Shown here piece by piece: positions 1 to 6,380 of a stretch of 14,764 bases of DNA. The stretch is taken from contig JAGWDQ010000012.1 in NCBI GenBank assembly GCA_018260615.1, forward strand, positions 1 through 14,764. Reading direction: 5' to 3'. Position numbers and translations under genes: made by a program. The notes under the pieces were generated by a model. The model was not told the origin of the DNA and did not search any database. It saw only the letters and a program-made list of their open reading frames with translations. Within the stretch, counting starts at the first letter, position 1. Every line of letters begins with the position of its first letter. Source of the DNA: Candidatus Altarchaeum sp. Lineage in GTDB: Archaea > Altiarchaeota > Altiarchaeia > Altiarchaeales > Altiarchaeaceae.

Positions 1-4
1 ATAC

Positions 5-120
5 TGAAAATTCTTTGAGAATTTTCAATCTTTAAAAATCTGCTGATTTTTAAATACTCTGTGACTTTGTGTGATTTCAAAATCTTGCAGATTTTGAAAT
101 CTCCGAACGAAGTGCGGTGA
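5..120. repeat. Cluster of three perfect AT-rich hairpins (REP/BIME-like) followed by a TCCGAACNNAGTGNGGT motif
   Basis: TGAAAATTCT-ttg-AGAATTTTCA (5-27); TTTAAAAATC-tgct-GATTTTTAAA (31-54); GATTTCAAAATCT-tgc-AGATTTTGAAATC (73-101); then TCCGAACGAAGTGCGGTGA (102-120). Arms checked as exact reverse complements. Confidence 0.8.
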
Positions 121-295
121 GCATTTTTTATTTAATTTTTGTTACCTTCGGACAGATATTCTTCCCCCTTCTTTTGTGGTTTGCTATGTTTCTTTATAAA
201 CATATCCAATATTTTTATTTCCGAATTTATGTTTAAATTTTCCACACATCTATTAATTATCTTTTCATCTTAATTTTTATGATTAATTTTTCATT

Positions 296-2005
296 ATGAC
301 CACAATATTTTTACATCCGCCGGGCATTTATGACTTCCGAAAGCGTCCTGTATTTATAGGTGCGATGAGCGAAGCAGTCCCGTCAACACCTGTGTTTGAA
401 ATGTATCCGATGGGATTTGTATCAATGGCACATTATCTTGAGCGGCATGGACACAAAGCACGCATCGTGAATATTGCATTAAAGATGTTAAACAGCGAAA
501 AATTTGATGTTGAAAAATTTATAAAAAAGTTAGATGCAGAGGCATTTTGCATAGACCTTCACTGGATAGCCCACCTTCACGGTGCAATTGAAATCGCAAA
601 AATATGCAAAAAATTTCACCCGAATACGCCTGTTATATTTGGCGGCTTTACTTCCACCTATTATTCTGATGAAATTTTGACTAAATTTCCATTCATTGAT
701 TATGTGCTTAAAGGCGATTCCTGCGAATATCCCTTGCTGAAATTAATTGAAAATTTAAATAAAACCGATAAAGAAGACATTCCAAATTTATCATGGCGAA
801 AAAACAATATGAACAAATCAAATCCAATAACGAATGTTCCCGAAACAATCAGTTTTGTAATTGACCCGAAATTTATGCTAAAATTAATTATCCGGGATAT
901 GGACATTGACGCTAATCTGCCTTACAGGTCATGGCTTGATGAACCGACGATGCCCATACTTACATCAAAGGGATGCCTGTATAATTGTGTCAATTGCGGC
1001 GGCTCAAATGAATGCTACAAACGAATTTACAACCGGAAAAAGCCGGCATTTATGGAGCCGGATAAAGTGATTGAGCAGTTGTGCCTGAATGAAGAATATA
1101 TTAAGAATCCGGTATTCTTTCTGAATGATATACGGATGGGCGGCAAAAAGTATTATACTGAAATATTTGAAAAAATAAAAAAGGAAAAATTTGATTTGCC
1201 GGTTGTATTTGAGTTATTTTCTCCGTTAACAGAGGAATTTGCGGAATCTTTGAAATGCACATTTGCACATTACAACCTTGAAATGTCTCCCGAAGATGCC
1301 TCTGATAATGTGCGATTTTGCACGGGAAAAAATTATACAAATGCAGATGTTGAAAAGAGCATAGAAATTGCCCTGAACAATGATTGCGATAAATTTGACC
1401 TCTTTTTTATGCTCGGACTTGGAAGGCAGAGTAAGGAAAGCATTTACGGAACAGTTGATTATATTGATTCAATTATTGGGAAATTTAAAAATTTTGGGGA
1501 ACATAAGGTTTATCCGTTTATATCTCCTTATGCTCCGACTCTTGACCCGGGATCCATCGCATTTGAAGAGCCGGCCAAATACGGTTATGTTGTTTTGCAT
1601 AGGACACTTGAGGAACATTACAATGCCTTTGATAAACTATCCTGGAAGGACTTTTTTAACTACCGGACAGAAAATCTTTCTCCTGATGATATTATTGCTC
1701 TTACTTATGACACGGCAGTTAAATTAGCACACATCAAAAGAAAGCACAATATGGTTAATGATGAGTATGTTGAGAACATGGAAAAGCAGGTTGAAATTTC
1801 AAGGAATGTGATGAAAAAGGTTGCTCAAATTTCAACGATGAATCTTAAGGAAAATGAACAGGAAATTAATTTAATGAGAGCGGAAATTAATGAGTCAATG
1901 AAACCATTAATTTATAAAAATAAGGAACTGAACTGGCCAAGAAGCAGGAAATCACTGAATGTATATGTGTTGAATATTTTAGGCAAGATTTTGAGAAGGT
2001 TATGA
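296..2005 (+). CDS. B12-binding domain / radical SAM protein (Ta0216 / TIGR04190-like), 569 aa
   Basis: N-terminal cobalamin-binding-type Rossmann region (LHPP...YPMGF..., IDLHW, VIFGGFTSTYY, DYVLKGDSCE). Radical SAM CxxxCxxC motif SKGCLYNCVNCGGS at C227/C231/C234. The TIGR04190 family call is from recalled similarity, not a search. Confidence 0.9.
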   Translation: MTTIFLHPPGIYDFRKRPVFIGAMSEAVPSTPVFEMYPMGFVSMAHYLERHGHKARIVNIALKMLNSEKFDVEKFIKKLDAEAFCIDLHWIAHLHGAIEIAKICKKFHPNTPVIFGGFTSTYYSDEILTKFPFIDYVLKGDSCEYPLLKLIENLNKTDKEDIPNLSWRKNNMNKSNPITNVPETISFVIDPKFMLKLIIRDMDIDANLPYRSWLDEPTMPILTSKGCLYNCVNCGGSNECYKRIYNRKKPAFMEPDKVIEQLCLNEEYIKNPVFFLNDIRMGGKKYYTEIFEKIKKEKFDLPVVFELFSPLTEEFAESLKCTFAHYNLEMSPEDASDNVRFCTGKNYTNADVEKSIEIALNNDCDKFDLFFMLGLGRQSKESIYGTVDYIDSIIGKFKNFGEHKVYPFISPYAPTLDPGSIAFEEPAKYGYVVLHRTLEEHYNAFDKLSWKDFFNYRTENLSPDDIIALTYDTAVKLAHIKRKHNMVNDEYVENMEKQVEISRNVMKKVAQISTMNLKENEQEINLMRAEINESMKPLIYKNKELNWPRSRKSLNVYVLNILGKILRRL

Positions 2006-2032
2006 TTAATAAGAATTCACAAAATTTAAAGT

Positions 2033-2078
2033 TATTTAAAGTTTTATAAACTTTAAATATCCGAACAGAGTGAGGTTA
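2033..2078. repeat. Perfect hairpin plus TCCGAAC motif, second copy of the REP-like element
   Basis: TATTTAAAGTTT-tat-AAACTTTAAATA (2033-2059), immediately followed by TCCGAACAGAGTGAGGTTA (2060-2078), which is 15/19 identical to 102-120. Confidence 0.7.
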
Positions 2079-2178
2079 TTTATTTAAATCGTAAGTTTCA
2101 TACATGAAATGAAAGAAAATTTAGTTACAATTATACTTATACATGAGTTTGAAAGATATTTAAAAAATGTCTAAAAAC

Positions 2179-2229
2179 ACCTTTAAAATTGTCTTTTTGT
2201 TGCCATGTCAATTTTACAATTTTAAAGGT
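2179..2229. repeat. 14-bp perfect inverted repeat with 23-nt spacer
   Basis: ACCTTTAAAATTGT (2179-2192) and ACAATTTTAAAGGT (2216-2229) are exact reverse complements. The spacer contains the near-palindrome TTGCCATGTCAA. Confidence 0.75.
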
Positions 2230-2263
2230 CAAAACCCCATAACTTTCAAAGACAGGTTATATT

Positions 2264-2280
2264 TTGTATTATTAATACAA
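2264..2280. promoter_or_regulatory. 17-bp perfect palindrome, candidate operator upstream of the small ORF
   Basis: TTGTATTA-T-TAATACAA ends 40 nt upstream of the ATG at 2321. The palindrome is seen directly; the operator role is inferred. Confidence 0.45.
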
Positions 2281-2320
2281 TACCCTAATATTTTTTATTA
2301 CAACCTTTAATTAAAAGAAA

Positions 2321-2482
2321 ATGGAAAAATTAACACAACCTTGGAAAAATCAAATAGTGATTGGCTCAATAGAAATTAGAGTAATCCCACAACACAAAGT
2401 CAGATTAGAGACACTGGAAGGCATATTAAAATCAAAAAAATCATCAACGGAGTTGGTGAGAGAATTAAGAAGAGGGGGCTAA
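2321..2482 (+). CDS. Small 53-aa protein resembling an archaeal VapB/AbrB-type antitoxin (not in the ORF track)
   Basis: ATG 2321 to TAA 2480-2482 gives MEKLTQPWKNQIVIGSIEIRVIPQHKVRLETLEGILKSKKSSTELVRELRRGG. The C-terminal LxGILK..KSSxELVRELR pattern resembles archaeal antitoxin tails. The sequence is purine-rich and coding-like within otherwise AT-rich intergenic DNA. Confidence 0.6.
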   Translation: MEKLTQPWKNQIVIGSIEIRVIPQHKVRLETLEGILKSKKSSTELVRELRRGG

Positions 2483-2500
2483 CAAGGTTAATTCTTACTT

Positions 2501-3421
2501 TTACTTTTTCAATTTGTTAAATCTCTCCATTACAACATTCCACTCAATCAGCGATGTCTGACACCCGTAATTTTCAACAACAAAAGAAGCAGTCGCATTT
2601 CCAAGCCGTACACAGTCAATCAGATTAAAATTTCTCAGATGCGCAGCAATAAATCCCGCATTAAATGCGTCTCCTGCCCCGCTTTCATTAACCGCTTTTG
2701 TTTTATACGCATCAACATGAACTGTCTTGGAATTTGTAATAACATCTGCCCCATTTGCACCTTTTGTAATTATTAAAATTTTTTTGTTTCCGAAATTTAT
2801 TGCTTCGTCCAGATTTTTTTCCTTACAAATTTTATATTCTTCTTCATTTACTACAAACACATCAACAAATTTTAAAATTTTCCTCAACTTTTCCTCGTCT
2901 TCCCTGCTTAACTCAAATACACCATATCCCGGATTAAAGACAACAAAATTTTTGTTCTTTTTGCATAATTTCACAACCTTTTGATATAAATTCAGATATG
3001 TTCTTGCTAAATACACACATTTTGCATTTTCAGTTACATCGGGATGGACATCTTTTGATAATTCCTCAACCTTCTCGCTGACGCCTTTATAAAAAAAACT
3101 AATAAAACCACTGGGGTTTTTAAAGAATAAAGAATGCGTTGTTTCGCCGAATATTGCCTTTAAATTTAATTTAATCCCTAAATTTTGCAGATAAGAAATG
3201 TAATCATAAGCATCATGTCCCGCAACGCTAAAAAAAACAACATCCAGTCCGAGTTTTCTTGCTGCAACCGCTGTATTCGCCCCCATTCCGCCAAAAAATT
3301 TTTTTAAGGTTATGGCTTTTGCTGATTCGTTTAATGTCGGAATGTTGTCTACTTCATAGAAATAATCAATACATATATCCCCGAACACAAGTAAATCAAT
3401 TTTATTAGTGTTGTTTTTCAT
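2501..3421 (-). CDS. PfkB/ribokinase-family carbohydrate or nucleoside kinase, 306 aa
   Basis: N-terminal GDICID and GGMGANTAVAARKLG signatures, VNEEE (N/DxxE), ITKGANGA, and C-terminal GAGDAFNAG anion-hole/catalytic Asp motif. Confidence 0.92.
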   Translation of the reverse strand: MKNNTNKIDLLVFGDICIDYFYEVDNIPTLNESAKAITLKKFFGGMGANTAVAARKLGLDVVFFSVAGHDAYDYISYLQNLGIKLNLKAIFGETTHSLFFKNPSGFISFFYKGVSEKVEELSKDVHPDVTENAKCVYLARTYLNLYQKVVKLCKKNKNFVVFNPGYGVFELSREDEEKLRKILKFVDVFVVNEEEYKICKEKNLDEAINFGNKKILIITKGANGADVITNSKTVHVDAYKTKAVNESGAGDAFNAGFIAAHLRNFNLIDCVRLGNATASFVVENYGCQTSLIEWNVVMERFNKLKK

Positions 3422-3448
3422 TGTTCACTTTCATTGTTCAAATATGTT

Positions 3449-4639
3449 TTAAATTTCCTTTCCCATCATCTTTGCCACAGTATTTACATCCTTATCACCT
3501 CTTCCTGATAAATTTACAACAACTGTTTGAGCTTTAAATTTCTCCCTGTTTTTTATCAGAAAAGCAATCGCATGTGATGATTCAAGTGCCGGAATAATTC
3601 CCTCTGTTTCGGATAAAATTTTAAATGCCTGCAACGCTTCATCATCTGTCGCATAGCCCACATTCAGCCGTCCTTTTTTATATAAATAAGCAAGTTCCGG
3701 ACCTACACCGGGATAATCAAGCCCTGCCGAAATGCTGTGGGAAATTTGTATTTGTCCGTATCTGTCCTGCAAAACCTTTGTCATCATTCCATGAAAGACC
3801 CCATCACTTCCGGCATAAAGCGAGGCACCGTGCTTTCCGCTTTCAATTCCTTCTCCGCCTGCTTCAACGCCATAAAGTGCCACATTACTCTCATCAACAA
3901 AATCATAAAATATTCCCATAGCGTTACTTCCTCCGCCGACACATGCAATTATTGCATCGGGAAATTTATTTTCTTTTTCAATAATTTGCCTTTTTGTTTC
4001 TTCGCCGATTATTTTCTGAAAATTTCGGACAATGATTGGATAAGGATACGGGCCCACAACACTGCCTATCAGATAATAGGTATCTTTAACATTTGCAACC
4101 CAGTCCCTGAATGCCTCGTTAATTGCATCCTTTAATGTTCTTGAACCGGATTTGACAGGAATAACCTTTGCTCCCATCAGTTCCATCCTGAATACATTCA
4201 GTTTTTGCCTTTCAACATCTTCCTCGCCCATATAAATTTCCACATTTAAATTTAACAGTGCGCCTGCAATTGCCGTTGCTACTCCATGCTGTCCCGCTCC
4301 GGTTTCTGCAATAATTCGCTTTTTTCCCATCCGCTTTGCCAGTAATGCCTGTCCTAATGTGTTGTTTATTTTATGTGCCCCGCCGTGTGCCAAGTCCTCT
4401 CTTTTAAGATAAATTTTACATCCGAGTTTTTCGGACAAATTTGCAGTATAAGTGAGGGGTGTAGGCCTGCCGACAAAGTTCTTTAAGTAATCAGCAAGTT
4501 CATTTTGAAAGTCAGTTGCAGGATAAATTTCATTATATTTTTTCTCTAATTCCTCAAGGGCACTCATTAAAATTTCAGGTGCAAACTGCCCGCCGTATTT
4601 GCCGAATTTTTTTTGATTATTTTGTTTATTTAAATCCAC
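3449..4639 (-). CDS. trpB: Tryptophan synthase beta chain, TrpB1 type, 396 aa (GTG start)
   Basis: [15 protein letters not shown] (PLP Lys90), AETGAGQHG (Glu112), [46 protein letters not shown]. Confidence 0.98.
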   Translation of the reverse strand: MDLNKQNNQKKFGKYGGQFAPEILMSALEELEKKYNEIYPATDFQNELADYLKNFVGRPTPLTYTANLSEKLGCKIYLKREDLAHGGAHKINNTLGQALLAKRMGKKRIIAETGAGQHGVATAIAGALLNLNVEIYMGEEDVERQKLNVFRMELMGAKVIPVKSGSRTLKDAINEAFRDWVANVKDTYYLIGSVVGPYPYPIIVRNFQKIIGEETKRQIIEKENKFPDAIIACVGGGSNAMGIFYDFVDESNVALYGVEAGGEGIESGKHGASLYAGSDGVFHGMMTKVLQDRYGQIQISHSISAGLDYPGVGPELAYLYKKGRLNVGYATDDEALQAFKILSETEGIIPALESSHAIAFLIKNREKFKAQTVVVNLSGRGDKDVNTVAKMMGKEI

Positions 4640-4670
4640 TTTTATTTAAATTTAATGTTGTCTTTTCTCT

Positions 4671-4833
4671 TTATTCATAGTATTCATCTTTATGTATATT
4701 CTGAATTTTTTGAATATTATTTGCGTCATAATATGATACAGGTCCTTCATCTGATGCGTTAACTCCGTCAATAATTAAAACCGGTATCAAAACCCCGGGA
4801 TAAACTTCCTAAAATTTTAATTTTATTTTCCAT
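4671..4833 (-). pseudogene. Possible frameshifted small ORF (about 53 aa)
   Basis: An ATG at 4833 overlapping the end of the upstream CDS gives MENKIKIL. Removing one base joins it to the frame EVYPGVLIPVLIIDGVNASDEGPVSYYDANNIQKIQNIHKDEYYE* (TAA 4673-4671). The span is 163 nt, i.e. 54 codons plus 1. Confidence 0.25.
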
Positions 4834-6250
4834 GTTTCTCTTTTTTATATTTTCTGTACAATACATACAACAATCCGAAAACAATTATAATTAAAAGTAT
4901 AATGCCAATAATAGCGATTTGAGTATAATCCGGTTGTTGCGGTTGTTCCTGTTTTGTTTCCGTTAAATTTTCCTTTGCCTTTTTTTCAGCAGCAATTTTT
5001 GCTTCATTCTCTTCAGTCGCTTTCCTTTCTTTCATCTCTCCTTCATATGTTTTTAATGCAATAGTTACATCTTCTTCACCTGTCTGACATGAAAGTATGG
5101 ACTCTTTGTATTTTTCGTCAGCAAAATTTTTCTCAGCGGTTTTCAGCATATCATAAGCGGACTCGGCAAATACAGATGTCTTGTTTCCGTAAGGCAAAGA
5201 ACTTAAATTTAAAATTTCAGACCGTAATCTGTCAATACATGCAGACGCATTCGCCTTTAAATTTTCCGTAGTTTGCATTATTGCATTTTCTTTTTCCATT
5301 TCTGCTTTCTTTTTTGTTATGGTTTCATTTATATCTTTTAGCATAATAACACAGTCATTCGCATATCTTTCTGCCGCTATGCATCCTTTACTTGTCTCAT
5401 ATTTTCTTGCATAAGAAAGTTTTGTTTCAACATCACTGAAGTCGTAGTCAATTTTTTCCTTGCTTGCAATTGCTTTTAAAATTTTAAGCGCGCTTTCACA
5501 TTCCTCTATTTTTTTCTGTGTGGTTAAGTTGGCATTTAAAGGAACACCCGCAACAATATTTTTACCTTCATTGTGTGCATTCCAGCAGGTTATATTTATT
5601 CGTTTCGGAATATCATTTAAATGGACATCAATATAAAATTCCGATGATTTATATGCTTGTATCGGCGACGGAATAGTAAATTTTTCTTTTGATTCATAAC
5701 TCTCTTTATTTGCATAAATTTTTGTATAATAGCATGAAAGACTTTCTCTTCCGTTATTTGTTAATTTTCCAGTTACAATACCCTCTGGTTTTTCACATTC
5801 AATGTATGTTTTGTTTGAAATTTCAGCGGAAAAATTTAAGGGATAGCCAATAAATTTGACACTTGCAGACTTTGTTATATTCCATAAGTATGTTTGACCT
5901 GCACTATCGGTATAAAAACAATATAAATTATGCGAAAAATTTTTAGTTGTTGCCTCTCCATGAGAGGTTGTCGTATAAGTAAAATTTTTTTCATACTCTT
6001 CAAACTTGTTAGTTCTAAACGGCATTCCATCATCGTACCGGCACTCTATTACAAAGTTAGTCAGAGCAATTTTTAGACCTACTTTGTAGTCCGCTGTTTC
6101 ATCAACAAATTTTGTCTGGTTTTCAGGCAGCATTAAAAGCTGAACCTCATCTGTTTGCATTTCTTTTACCTGTTCTCCGTAAATTATTCCGAGCATTCCG
6201 ATAACTGCAATTGCAACAATTCCTACAAAAAATATACTTGTGTTTTTCAT
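4823..6250 (-). CDS. Exported, C-terminally membrane-anchored hypothetical protein (beta-rich N-half, helical C-half), 475 aa
   Basis: N-terminal hydrophobic segment SIFFVGIVAIAVIGMLGIIYG. C-terminal TM IAIIGIILLIIIVFGLLYVLY followed by basic tail RKYKKEKHGK and preceded by a Q/P linker. Ten Cys and several N-x-S/T sequons. Confidence 0.88.
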   Translation of the reverse strand: MKNTSIFFVGIVAIAVIGMLGIIYGEQVKEMQTDEVQLLMLPENQTKFVDETADYKVGLKIALTNFVIECRYDDGMPFRTNKFEEYEKNFTYTTTSHGEATTKNFSHNLYCFYTDSAGQTYLWNITKSASVKFIGYPLNFSAEISNKTYIECEKPEGIVTGKLTNNGRESLSCYYTKIYANKESYESKEKFTIPSPIQAYKSSEFYIDVHLNDIPKRINITCWNAHNEGKNIVAGVPLNANLTTQKKIEECESALKILKAIASKEKIDYDFSDVETKLSYARKYETSKGCIAAERYANDCVIMLKDINETITKKKAEMEKENAIMQTTENLKANASACIDRLRSEILNLSSLPYGNKTSVFAESAYDMLKTAEKNFADEKYKESILSCQTGEEDVTIALKTYEGEMKERKATEENEAKIAAEKKAKENLTETKQEQPQQPDYTQIAIIGIILLIIIVFGLLYVLYRKYKKEKHGK

Positions 6251-6380
6251 TTTGGTTTTGATTATTTTTGGTTTAAATTTTGGTTTAAATTTTAAAATTT
6301 ATTTAAATTTTATATTTAATTAATTATTAATTTTATATTTAATTAATAAAATAATTACTTTAAAATAACTAATTGAAAAA
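6251..6380. promoter_or_regulatory. Divergent promoter region, extremely AT-rich, with direct repeats
   Basis: 130 bp between divergent start codons with only 10 G/C bases; no G or C from 6284 to 6357. TTTTGGTTTAAA x2 (6266-6289) and AATTTTATATTTAATTAAT x2 (6306-6324, 6329-6347). Confidence 0.6.

Noticed and set aside
5-120. Hairpin cluster as a CRISPR array
   Set aside because: Units are not identical direct repeats, spacers are only 3 and 18 nt, and no cas genes are present.
132-245. Minus-strand 37-codon GTG-start ORF (MENLNINSEIK…)
   Set aside because: Short, weak start, no motif; cannot be distinguished from chance.
700-1727. Short ORFs 700-906, 1101-1340 and 1380-1727
   Set aside because: They lie wholly within the well-supported radical SAM CDS and have no motifs; shadow frames.
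2119-2310. Plus-strand mini-ORFs MKENLVT… (21 aa) and MSKNTFK… (47 aa)
   Set aside because: They overlap the inverted repeats, have non-coding-like composition and show no similarity I can recognise.
4640-4700. Trp attenuator leader peptide upstream of trpB
   Set aside because: The only short ORF (MNTMNKEKRQH) has no Trp codons and no terminator/antiterminator hairpins are evident.
4823-4960. Archaeosortase sorting signal on the 475-aa protein
   Set aside because: The TM plus basic tail is present, but the preceding PDY does not match PGF, PEF, VPXXXP or other signals I know; treated as a plain C-terminal anchor.
2727-5271. Plus-strand ORFs 2727-2984, 3625-3921, 3737-4135 and 5089-5271
   Set aside because: Antisense to pfkB, trpB and the surface-protein gene, with the F/S/I-rich composition typical of antisense shadows.
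6251-6380. AT-rich tract as a replication-origin unwinding element
   Set aside because: No ORB-like G-string repeats and no cdc6/orc1 gene nearby; a divergent promoter explains it.
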